Source: a virus
Lineage: Duplodnaviria > Heunggongvirae > Uroviricota > Caudoviricetes
DNA: 27,316 nucleotides
Strand: one strand, 5' to 3'
IMG/VR virus record: IMGVR_UViG_2728369187_000003
The notes beneath the pieces are model-generated. The model saw only the letters and a list, made by a program, of their open reading frames with translations. It did no database searches and was not told the DNA's origin. A program made the position numbers and the translations under genes. Of this stretch, positions 7,977 through 15,965 are shown one piece after another. Numbering within the stretch: position 1 is the first letter of the stretch; each line of letters opens with the position of its first letter.

Positions 7977-8399
7977 GTGGCAAAAGTTTTTACACAAGAA
8001 GAGCGAGAAAAAATTAAAGGGCAGGTTGTTGAACTCGTACGCCAGAGTGGGCGTGAGACGTTACGGCAACTGGAAGTCAAAACAGGTGCGACAAGATATC
8101 TGATGAGCGTTCTCGCAAGAGAGCTGGTTGCCAGCGGCGATGTATACAACTCTGGTTACGGGTTATTCCCGTCTGAACAGGCGCGTAAGGACTGGCAAAA
8201 TGCCCGTAAAAAGCTCTCAAGGGCAAAGCTGAAGAAACCATCTGCGGTTGATCCGGACCTTATCTGGTCATTACCTGACGGAGAAATACGTCGCTACGAC
8301 AGGCGTCAGAACATAATCTGTCGCGAGTGCCGGAAGAGTGAAGTTATGCAGCGCATATTGTCGTTTTATCAGGGGGATGTTCGGTATTTATTGAAGTGA
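7977..8399 (+). CDS. Hypothetical protein (140 aa) downstream of the replication initiator
   Basis: GTG start with AGGAGG 4 nt upstream; no recognisable helicase-loader features; last gene before the AT-rich island. Confidence 0.4.
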   Translation: MAKVFTQEEREKIKGQVVELVRQSGRETLRQLEVKTGATRYLMSVLARELVASGDVYNSGYGLFPSEQARKDWQNARKKLSRAKLKKPSAVDPDLIWSLPDGEIRRYDRRQNIICRECRKSEVMQRILSFYQGDVRYLLK

Positions 8400-8684
8400 C
8401 GAGATTAAAGTGCATTAGTTCAGATGCAAATTGACATTTTGTGGCACAGGGTAGAGCTAGCGTGGTTGTCCGCTTTGTGTCAAGAGAGGACGTTCATCCA
8501 TAACTAATTGCTGATCAATACTCAGCAGCATTATGCCCATGTCGCTTTTATTTCACTTTCACTAATGATTGATTTTGGTTCTAGTAGAAGACATAATATT
8601 AGAATATGTATTTGCGTAAGAAATAATTAGTTTCCAATGCATTGGTTTAGTAGAGTGTTTAATAACATCAAGAGGTAGTTTTGG

Positions 8685-9218
8685 ATGACAACCTGGGTGG
8701 AAGTTGTTGATACGGCTGTGAAGATTGGATTTGGTGGTATAATAACGCTGACAGGTACATTTATTATTTCAAAAATGAATCACAAACATGAATTTGATAA
8801 AGATAAAAGTCGTCGCTATTATGATTCATTAGAATCTGTAAGCACTCAAATTGAGGATATGACACATATATCCTTACGCTATTGGGCTTTGATAATTGAA
8901 TGGGTTAGAAATAAGGAACAAAAGGGATTGGATCTTACCAGAGAAAGGCAAGAGGAGTTAAATAAAACAAAATTAGATTTATTTGACAATTTTAAAAGCT
9001 TGACAGTTGCAGAGTCGAAGCTTTTGCTTTTAGGTTTAACTGACACATCAGTTGCTTTAAGAGACTACGGTGATTATTTAAAAGCAATGCGGAGAAATTA
9101 TTATGATGGCAAACCTGATATTAAGGAGTCAGATCTTGAAAATGTAAGGGTTACGTTACTTTACAAACGTAAAGTCCTGTTTGATTTTTTGTCTAGGGAT
9201 TATAAAAAAGGAATATAG
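8685..9218 (+). CDS. Hypothetical membrane-anchored protein (177 aa), island gene A
   Basis: AT-rich codon usage; one N-terminal hydrophobic segment (VKIGFGGIITLTGTFIISKM) followed by a charged, probably helical region; AGAGG upstream. Confidence 0.55.
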   Translation: MTTWVEVVDTAVKIGFGGIITLTGTFIISKMNHKHEFDKDKSRRYYDSLESVSTQIEDMTHISLRYWALIIEWVRNKEQKGLDLTRERQEELNKTKLDLFDNFKSLTVAESKLLLLGLTDTSVALRDYGDYLKAMRRNYYDGKPDIKESDLENVRVTLLYKRKVLFDFLSRDYKKGI

Positions 9219-9595
9219 AATCATAGGTTTTAAGTTAAGGGATGCTATTGACTTCCTTTTCAGCAACCTAGCTTCTAGTTATGATGATAATTATAAATCT
9301 GAAGCTTAGTTCATCATAGTCATATTGGATTAGTAATGATATTTACTCGATGCTTCTAAGTTGTAATGAAAATGCTTACTATACGCTCATTGAAAACCTC
9401 ATGCCTCTCCCTTGATCGCTTGTGGCTGGAACGGACAAAACCACATTTTATATTCATTTTTGCTAGTGGTTTAATATAGCACTATATGCTTTTTATTTTG
9501 CTATGATTGATGTCTTAAGAATTCTATGAACATCTAAAATAGGTGATTAACATAACATCGTTGTTTTATAACAAGTAGAATAAGGAGTCAGTTTT

Positions 9596-10519
9596 ATGCC
9601 ATCACTAGATACTATAGTTTTAAACCTCCTAAGAGGGGCTGTTCCTGAGAATGCTGATGAACTTTGTCAGACCTGGAAGAGCTATAAACACACGGTCGAA
9701 CTTGCAGAGGATGCCCTAGGATCAACAATGAATGCAACTAGTAGGCGCATCGAGTTTGACTCTAAAACTATCGATTTCTTTTGGTTATTTGGGTTTAGTA
9801 CATGGTTTACGATTGAGACATATGCTCCAGCCCTAGTAAAAGCATGCTTACTAGGTGTGACGTTAGAGTCGGCTTTAGAATCTGATGAAGAACGTGGCCA
9901 ATTTGAACTAAATTATAAACAGCATTTGTATATTTCAAAGTCTTTGCTAAGCGTTGCGAATACGGCTGATATTACATGGCCTCAAGATATTCCTTTTCCA
10001 ACAGATGCGCGAGATAGTTTGAATAATATTCAAGAACAGGCTGTTTTTGATCTAGTAGCATTAGCATTGTCTTTTTCTATACTTCATGAGTATAAACATG
10101 TTCAAGCACGAGCCGAAGAAAAAAAACATGAAAATCCCCAAGAGAAGGATGAAGAAGAGTTAGCCTGTGACTCTTGGGCTCGTGAATATATAACTAAGGG
10201 CGTCGGAGTCTATGCTAAAAAAGCTGGGCATACCTATGAAGAGGTCATGCAAAAACGAGCAATGGGGATAACACTTGCCGCCTTTACTATACACGCTTTA
10301 ACATCAGATATCGATAAATGGGGTGGTGAAGAGTATCCATCTATAGCAGTAAGGATTCAAACAATGATAGGGGGGTACAACCTTTCAGATTCATCGCCCT
10401 TCTGGTGTTTTACAGCTTGTCTTCTCATCGCGGTGATGAGACAGGAAAACCGTAAGCTTGATTATAAAGCTACAACATATAAAGAGTTTGTTACTAGGCT
10501 CCTTTCGGAATTACACTAA
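9596..10519 (+). CDS. HExxH zinc-metallopeptidase-like protein (307 aa), island gene B
   Basis: TAAGGAG ribosome-binding site 8 nt upstream; HEYKH motif at residues 164-168 within FSILHEYKHVQ; a hairpin terminator follows. Confidence 0.6.
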   Translation: MPSLDTIVLNLLRGAVPENADELCQTWKSYKHTVELAEDALGSTMNATSRRIEFDSKTIDFFWLFGFSTWFTIETYAPALVKACLLGVTLESALESDEERGQFELNYKQHLYISKSLLSVANTADITWPQDIPFPTDARDSLNNIQEQAVFDLVALALSFSILHEYKHVQARAEEKKHENPQEKDEEELACDSWAREYITKGVGVYAKKAGHTYEEVMQKRAMGITLAAFTIHALTSDIDKWGGEEYPSIAVRIQTMIGGYNLSDSSPFWCFTACLLIAVMRQENRKLDYKATTYKEFVTRLLSELH

Positions 10520-10535
10520 ATAATTTTGACATAAT

Positions 10536-10572
10536 AATAGACAGATTAGAATGATATCTGTCTATTATTTGC
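10536..10572 (+). terminator. Hairpin terminator after island gene B
   Basis: Perfect 11-bp inverted repeat AATAGACAGAT / ATCTGTCTATT with a 9-nt loop, followed by a T-rich tail (ATTATTT). Confidence 0.5.
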
Positions 10573-10980
10573 ATTAGTCGTGACTTGATCTGACACATGG
10601 CTTTGAAAGATTAAGAGTTACTGGTATTGATATGGGGCCGAAGTGTTATACAATACAAGAGGTAATTCTCATATTCCATACTAACAATCCTATCATCAAA
10701 CACAACGCCGGTTACTTAAGGTGGCTGAGGAACTCAGCAACGTATCCGAAGCCAGCAAAGCCATGGTCCTTTCGCAGTAAGTTGCGTAAATAAGGTGTTT
10801 TTATCCCTTGAAGCATTCTACAAAGCCAGCTCCTCGCTCAAACAGACGTGCCTGTTCACCAATCTGCCCGCTTGGTATCAAGGGACGCCAGTAACGCGAT
10901 ACAGGCGATACAGGGTGAATTCCTTCCTTAACTGCCCTCACATCATCTTTAATAATAGTTTACCCTGATATAACGGATGA

Positions 10981-12360
10981 TCAGAAGTCCATCAGGTCAT
11001 CGAATTTCTGAGGTGGCTCTTGTTTTCGAACACTATCTCCCTGATGAATCTCCGTCTCACTTGTTTGGTATTTTACACCAGTAATTTTATGATAAGTCAT
11101 ACTGTTGGTTTTCAACAGTAGTGCATCATTTTTGTCATGCGAGGATGAAAATGAACCCATATGTCTCGGTTTTATTTGTTCCTCAACTATTAACTGAATT
11201 TCCGGAACAAAAGCATACTGGTCATCTTCGATGTGTTCATACATCTCAACATTATATCGGCGAGATTTATCTGCGGCATGCCTGACGCCGGAAGACTTAT
11301 TAAACAGAACGACATTATATCCTATCTCAGCATCCTCACCGTTGGCATCTACCTGGGTAGATTTAAAGCTGACACCATCAAGCTTAAATTTATTTCGGTC
11401 ACCTAGGTAATCGGCAACCACTTGGGTGATGAGGTAATCACTGTCCTGCCTTTTTCCAAAAGTAGGAAGCGTCAACTTACGGGAAAGCGTACTGAAAAAA
11501 ATCGCGCGCTCACTGGTTTTGCGAGTCTGAGGATCAAATTTACTACCTGAGCCGAAACTAATCGAGTCAAGGGCAGAAATGTCCAGCACTTTTAGCTCGC
11601 GTAACGGTACAAAACAGGCCGTTACTACAATACTGCCGACGGGCGGCCTTACTTCAGCAATTGCCAAATTCACTGAGGTTGCACCGTAAAATACTGAAAT
11701 CCCCTGTGCGTTCATACGGCCCGACCGAGCCAAAGTTGATGGGGGAGGTCCAAAATTTTTCTCGGGCTGCTCCAAGGCTTGCTTTACTTCCTCTTGGTCC
11801 TCAAAGACCCTTGCACGAAAAAGATGAACCTCATCAGTCAGAGTTTTTATCGGTGAATTACTGTCTCTGTTTTTTAGTTTATCGATATCACTGAAAAGTG
11901 AATCCAGGAAATCATTAACTTCACGGTTAAAATATCGTGTTTCTTTCATAAGGGAGTCAGTGGCTTTACTCCAGGTATGCGCAAGCTCTCCGCTATAGTG
12001 ATTTATGTGCCGATAAACAAACCCATCATTATACCGGATGTAGTCATAATCGTTATGCGGATTATATTCATCACAAAGAAATTCATAAATATCTTCAGCT
12101 ACGTCCCATTCGACGCCCAGTTCTCCGCAGATGACATCCTGCGCGCTATCACCGCGCCCGGAATCATAGATATCCTCATACATATCATAGTAGTACTCAA
12201 AAACCTCATTCATCATCTTGAGAATATATTTGAGGTGGATGTTTTTACGCTTCCTTTTGCAGTAAGAGCAAATCCGAACATTATTTCCGGTTTTTATTAT
12301 ATGCTGCATGACATATTTATCGTTCACGCATTTATGACAAATATACTTATCTTTCCACAT
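10981..12360 (-). CDS. Zinc-ribbon plus RES-like domain protein (459 aa), island gene C
   Basis: N-terminal CHKC...CSYC zinc-ribbon-like motif; central SGRMNAQGISVFYGATSVNLAIAEV fits the R-x9-Y-x10-E spacing I recall for RES-domain NAD-targeting toxins; convergent with gene B. Confidence 0.55.
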   Translation of the reverse strand: MWKDKYICHKCVNDKYVMQHIIKTGNNVRICSYCKRKRKNIHLKYILKMMNEVFEYYYDMYEDIYDSGRGDSAQDVICGELGVEWDVAEDIYEFLCDEYNPHNDYDYIRYNDGFVYRHINHYSGELAHTWSKATDSLMKETRYFNREVNDFLDSLFSDIDKLKNRDSNSPIKTLTDEVHLFRARVFEDQEEVKQALEQPEKNFGPPPSTLARSGRMNAQGISVFYGATSVNLAIAEVRPPVGSIVVTACFVPLRELKVLDISALDSISFGSGSKFDPQTRKTSERAIFFSTLSRKLTLPTFGKRQDSDYLITQVVADYLGDRNKFKLDGVSFKSTQVDANGEDAEIGYNVVLFNKSSGVRHAADKSRRYNVEMYEHIEDDQYAFVPEIQLIVEEQIKPRHMGSFSSSHDKNDALLLKTNSMTYHKITGVKYQTSETEIHQGDSVRKQEPPQKFDDLMDF

Positions 12361-12427
12361 TTTTTACCCACTCATCATCAGCTGATACAAGGTCACTTTC
12401 CTGCAATTTTATAATTAAATCAAGCAT
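12347..12427 (-). CDS. Candidate 26-aa upstream ORF overlapping the start of island gene C
   Basis: GGAGGGGG ribosome-binding site 8 nt upstream of the ATG; MLDLIIKLQESDLVSADDEWVKNVER*; its stop overlaps the gene C ATG. Confidence 0.3.
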   Translation of the reverse strand: MLDLIIKLQESDLVSADDEWVKNVER

Positions 12428-12706
12428 AAAAACCCCCTCCTCACCTCAATGCTTTCAGTGTAAAAATAATTAGTAATACGCTGTACTGGTAATAATTATG
12501 AACTTCCTCTTCTCGCTCAAAGCGGACTAGAAAGTTAGCTTGCGTCGGACTTGGCGTATTTAAAGAAGTGCTGGTGGTGACTGGTTGTTGTGTTCCATTT
12601 CTACAGAACAAAATCACAGAAACTATACCCAATAGTTGTATTGAATCACTGACGAGACAGCCTCATATTTATCAGGACTGGTGTACGTCCAATACAGGAG
12701 GTTGTG

Positions 12707-12796
12707 GTGCTGGTTCTCAAATGTGCGCTGGCTATTGCTGCTGTAATGGCAATTTATTGCCTTGCTGTTGTTCTTATGGATCGCCTTTCTGATTGA
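12707..12796 (+). CDS. Candidate 29-aa hydrophobic peptide
   Basis: AGGAGG 5 nt upstream of a GTG start; MLVLKCALAIAAVMAIYCLAVVLMDRLSD*; a single predicted transmembrane helix with charged ends. Confidence 0.35.
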   Translation: MLVLKCALAIAAVMAIYCLAVVLMDRLSD

Positions 12797-12897
12797 TTTT
12801 ATATTGGCGAGGTGACGTGAGTTAAGTAGAATTGCTGCGGGTGCTTGAGGCTATCTGCCTCAGGCATGAACACCAAAGGCAGATAGAGAAAAGCCCC

Positions 12898-14773
12898 AGT
12901 TAACATTACGCGTCCTGCAAGACGCTTAACATTAATCTGAGGCCAATTTCATGCTAGACACATGTAGGTTAGCCTCTTACGTGCCGAAAGGCAAGGAGAA
13001 GCAGGCTAGTGTTAACACCAAGCTGTAATGTCCCCTTTGAACCATTCTAAAATGTCCCCAGACAATTCTCTGGGGGATTTTTCATGATCAAAGAGACTGT
13101 TACGATGAGTCATAAGGAACTCCACCGACTTCAGATTATTCAGGAGTCAATTAATCGACATATTACTCAGGAACAAGCTGCGGCACGCATTGGCATTTCT
13201 ATTCGGCAGGTTAAACGTCTGGTGCAACGGTATAGAAATGAAGGGCCTTCTGGTCTGGTTTCCCACCGACGTGGAAAGCGTCCTAATAATTCCTTTTCTA
13301 CTGAATTCAGAGCAACAGTAATTTCACTCCTCAAAGGCCGTTACGCTGATTTTGGACCTACGTTTGCGTGCGAAAAATTGCGCGAGATACACGGTTTATC
13401 TTTATCCGTTGAAACTCTCAGAAAGTGGATGATAGAAGAGGGGTTATGGCGTGAACGCCGTCGTAAAATTGCCCGTATATATCAACGCCGCATGCGACGA
13501 CCATCTTACGGTGAACTGATCCAGATTGATGGCTCACCTCATGACTGGTTTGAAAATCGAGGCCCCAGATGTACACTGATCGTTTTCATTGATGATGCCA
13601 CCAGTGCGTTGATGGCGTTGCGTTTTGTGCCTGCTGAAACAACCCGGGCTTACATGGAAACCCTCCGGGGTTACCTTAATGATCATGGCGTACCGCTCGC
13701 TCTCTACTCTGATAGACACAGTATATTCAGGGTAAATAACCCAGAGCGGGAAGGTGAGCTGACCCAGTTCACTCGTGCGATAAAGACACTGGGCATCGAG
13801 CCAATCCATGCCAACAGCCCGCAGGCAAAAGGGCGGGTAGAGCGCGCCAATCAGACACTACAGGACAGGCTGGTCAAAGAAATGCGGCTTCAGAATATCA
13901 GTGATATTGAAACAGCAAATGCATGGTTGCCGACCTTTATTGAAGCCTATAACAACCGGTTCGCTACGTCGCCTCGTACTACTGATAATGCTCATCTTGA
14001 TGAGCACCATTCTGAAGAGGAACTGGGTTATATCTTCAGCCTACAGGCGAAGCGCGTTCTGTCTAAAAATCTCACTTTCCAGTACAAAAGCAGTGCGTTT
14101 CAGGTACGCAGTGAGGGCCGGGGATATCGACTTAGGCATTCGGTTGTTACTGTATGCGAGAACTTTGACGGTGAAATTAACGTTCTGTATGACGGGAAAG
14201 CGCTGGGCTGGGAAAAGTATGTTGATGGCCCGGAGCCTATACCACTGGATGATGAAAAGAGTGTCCATGAACGAGTGGATAATGCCCGTATTGATTTACG
14301 CTCAAAATACTATGTTAAACCTAAAGCTGACCATCCCTGGCTTACGCGCCGAACGCAAAGTCATCAGCAAGTTAAGCCCCCGAAGTTACCTAAAAAGAAG
14401 CCTGATCCCGATAAAAAAGATTGAAACCAAGATCGATTCGGTTGAGTGCATATCCATTCATAGGGTAGATTCTTAAGTCGCGTTTCTGGTGTTCATTTTC
14501 GGGTGGTTTGTTACTTGTTTTACCGGGGATATGCCAGAAACGCGCTGAGTCAGTCTGGGCGGTGCGCGTAATGAGGCGTTATGGTAAATAGCCTATGCTA
14601 ATGTCCGCTAAGAGCAAGAAGCGGAAGTTGGCAGTTTTGTGGACTGTCCCCACAAAAGTGACTACAGAAATAGTTGCAATTCATAATTGATCATGGGTTG
14701 TCAGTTAAACTCGTGGCGATTTAAATAGACTAATTGGGAGTGCGTCCATTACTTATATCTTGTAATGTTAACT
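12898..14773 (+). mobile_element. Insertion sequence carrying a DDE transposase (ends uncertain)
   Basis: The transposase gene is flanked by a 12-bp inverted match, AGTTAACATTAC at 12898-12909 and its reverse complement at 14762-14773; hairpin-forming inverted repeats sit inside both arms; no direct repeats found. Confidence 0.4.
13084..14424 (+). CDS. DDE transposase with N-terminal HTH (IS481/ISNCY-like, family not resolved)
   Basis: 446-aa ORF; N-terminal HTH-like region (ITQEQAAARIGISIRQVKRLV), central integrase-core-like region (IQIDGSPHDW...LIVFIDDATS...) and a basic C-terminal tail. Confidence 0.75.
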   Translation: MIKETVTMSHKELHRLQIIQESINRHITQEQAAARIGISIRQVKRLVQRYRNEGPSGLVSHRRGKRPNNSFSTEFRATVISLLKGRYADFGPTFACEKLREIHGLSLSVETLRKWMIEEGLWRERRRKIARIYQRRMRRPSYGELIQIDGSPHDWFENRGPRCTLIVFIDDATSALMALRFVPAETTRAYMETLRGYLNDHGVPLALYSDRHSIFRVNNPEREGELTQFTRAIKTLGIEPIHANSPQAKGRVERANQTLQDRLVKEMRLQNISDIETANAWLPTFIEAYNNRFATSPRTTDNAHLDEHHSEEELGYIFSLQAKRVLSKNLTFQYKSSAFQVRSEGRGYRLRHSVVTVCENFDGEINVLYDGKALGWEKYVDGPEPIPLDDEKSVHERVDNARIDLRSKYYVKPKADHPWLTRRTQSHQQVKPPKLPKKKPDPDKKD

Positions 14774-14820
14774 ATCAGAAATGATACAAAGATAATATGT
14801 CTTTAAAGAAAAGGCTGATG

Positions 14821-14846
14821 GCGAAAAGTGGCCCGATGAGGGCCAC
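14821..14846 (-). terminator. Rho-independent terminator downstream of flxA
   Basis: GTGGCCC-GATGA-GGGCCAC hairpin followed on the minus strand by TTTTCGCC. Confidence 0.55.
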
Positions 14847-14860
14847 AATACGGCTGTCAC

Positions 14861-15193
14861 TTAGACGTAAATATCAATGGTGCCAGCGGTATTTGTATCG
14901 TCTTTTTTCTCTTCTTTTTTATCAGGCTGAACTGTCGCGTCTTCATTCTTTTTCTCTGCCTGCTGCCTTAACAACTGCTCCAGTTGAGCCCAGAGGCTTT
15001 CAATTTGCTTCTGTACCAATGCAGCCATTTCTTTTTTCTGCTGTGTCGTCATCCCCTCTTCCGATGAGATTTTCACAAGCTTTTCAGTCAGCACCTGAAT
15101 TTGTCTTGTGATTTTGGCTATTTCTGATGTTCCTTCCGGGGCGGAGTTGTTTGAAATAACGGTTGAGGTATTTCCCTGAATTGTGACAGACAT
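14861..15193 (-). CDS. flxA: FlxA-like protein (110 aa)
   Basis: 110-aa ORF; AAGGAG ribosome-binding site; preceded by a near-consensus sigma-28 promoter; matches the Qin flxA position and length from memory. Confidence 0.7.
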   Translation of the reverse strand: MSVTIQGNTSTVISNNSAPEGTSEIAKITRQIQVLTEKLVKISSEEGMTTQQKKEMAALVQKQIESLWAQLEQLLRQQAEKKNEDATVQPDKKEEKKDDTNTAGTIDIYV

Positions 15194-15216
15194 AGATTTC
15201 TCCTTTTAAAAAAGCA

Positions 15217-15243
15217 CTATCGGCATGCACAAAAAAATCTTTA
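15217..15243 (-). promoter_or_regulatory. Sigma-28 (FliA) type promoter for flxA
   Basis: Minus strand reads TAAAGATT-N-GCCGATAG with a 15-nt spacer between TAAA and GCCGATA, against the consensus TAAA-N15-GCCGATAA. Confidence 0.6.
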
Positions 15244-15395
15244 ATCGTATTTCTTGTGTCATTAATTGTTTGATGTTCAGATTGTTTTCCTCGCGGGCTG
15301 GCGCGCCTCAGAAAGTAAAGCTTGTTGACAGGGGTAAACGTTCGGCAATAATTTTCTGCCGCATGCGGGTGTTGCATAAAACGTGTTACGTTCCT

Positions 15396-15701
15396 TTATC
15401 GACAGGTCAGGTCACCGCTCACCCGCCGACGAGAAAGCAACACTGACATGCTAAAGCAAAAAATAGATGAATAAGTTGAGTTGTGCATATGTAGCCTGAC
15501 CGTCACAAAGTATATGGTGTCTGTACCAGTAAGATGATGGCCGGACTCTTTAAAAACGAGCTGACCTGCACAATACAGGATGGACTTAGCAATGGCTGCT
15601 CCTGGCAGAAAGCGGACAGTGATCACCGTTCTTACGACTACTTTCTGACTTCCTTCGTGACTTGCCCTAAGCATGTTGTAGTGCGATACTTGTAATGACA
15701 T
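15396..15701 (-). CDS. YdfV-like hypothetical ORF (101 aa)
   Basis: Length and position between relB and flxA match the K-12 ydfV annotation as I recall it; no other support. Confidence 0.3.
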   Translation of the reverse strand: MSLQVSHYNMLRASHEGSQKVVVRTVITVRFLPGAAIAKSILYCAGQLVFKESGHHLTGTDTIYFVTVRLHMHNSTYSSIFCFSMSVLLSRRRVSGDLTCR

Positions 15702-15714
15702 TTGTAATTACAAG
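15662..15714 (+). promoter_or_regulatory. relBE promoter and operator
   Basis: TTGCCC-N17-GATACT followed by the palindromic CTTGTAATGACATTTGTAATTACAAG, overlapping the -10 element and just upstream of the relB ribosome-binding site. Confidence 0.6.
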
Positions 15715-15725
15715 AGGTGTAAGAC

Positions 15726-15965
15726 ATGGGTAGCATTAACCTGCGTATTGACGATGAACTTAAAGCGCGTTCTTACGCCGCGCTTGAAAAAATGGGTGTA
15801 ACTCCTTCTGAAGCGCTTCGTCTCATGCTCGAGTATATCGCTGACAATGAACGCTTGCCGTTCAAACAGACACTCCTGAGTGATGAAGATGCTGAACTTG
15901 TGGAGATAGTGAAAGAACGGCTTCGTAATCCTAAGCCAGTACGTGTGACGCTGGATGAACTCTGA
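15726..15965 (+). CDS. relB: RelB antitoxin
   Basis: 79 aa MGSINLRIDDELKARSYAALEKMGVTPSEALRLMLEYIADNERLPFKQ..., near-identical to E. coli RelB from memory; stop overlaps the relE start. Confidence 0.95.
   Translation: MGSINLRIDDELKARSYAALEKMGVTPSEALRLMLEYIADNERLPFKQTLLSDEDAELVEIVKERLRNPKPVRVTLDEL

Noticed and set aside
6376-8149. Minus-strand ORFs 6376-6732, 6742-7008, 7015-7206, 7401-7661 and 7715-8149
   Set aside because: They are shadow frames opposite the YdaT-like and O-like genes, with Arg/Pro/Ser-rich translations typical of antisense frames.
10700-10980. ORF-free block of near-average GC content inside the AT-rich island, with a short tandem gcgatacagg duplication
   Set aside because: It could be a degraded gene remnant or a 3' UTR of gene C, but no reading frame, promoter or RNA structure could be supported by eye.
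11661-12414. Plus-strand ORFs 11661-11894 and 11977-12414
   Set aside because: They are antisense to island gene C and have no start signals.
12568-12792. 74-aa Cys-rich ORF (…CGAGSQMCAGYCCCNGNLLPCCCSYGSPF) that could be read as a microcin-like or Cys-rich peptide
   Set aside because: It has no ribosome-binding site, and its Cys codons are the alternative-frame shadow of the Leu/Ala/Val-rich 29-aa peptide that does have a consensus AGGAGG site; kept only as an alternative hypothesis.
13534-14476. ORFs 13534-13809 (-), 13901-14476 (+) and 14041-14268 (-) inside the transposase gene
   Set aside because: They are alternative frames within a 446-aa transposase ORF.
15084-15377. 97-aa minus-strand ORF overlapping the flxA promoter region
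   Set aside because: It overlaps the flxA start and the sigma-28 promoter and has no ribosome-binding site; likely spurious.
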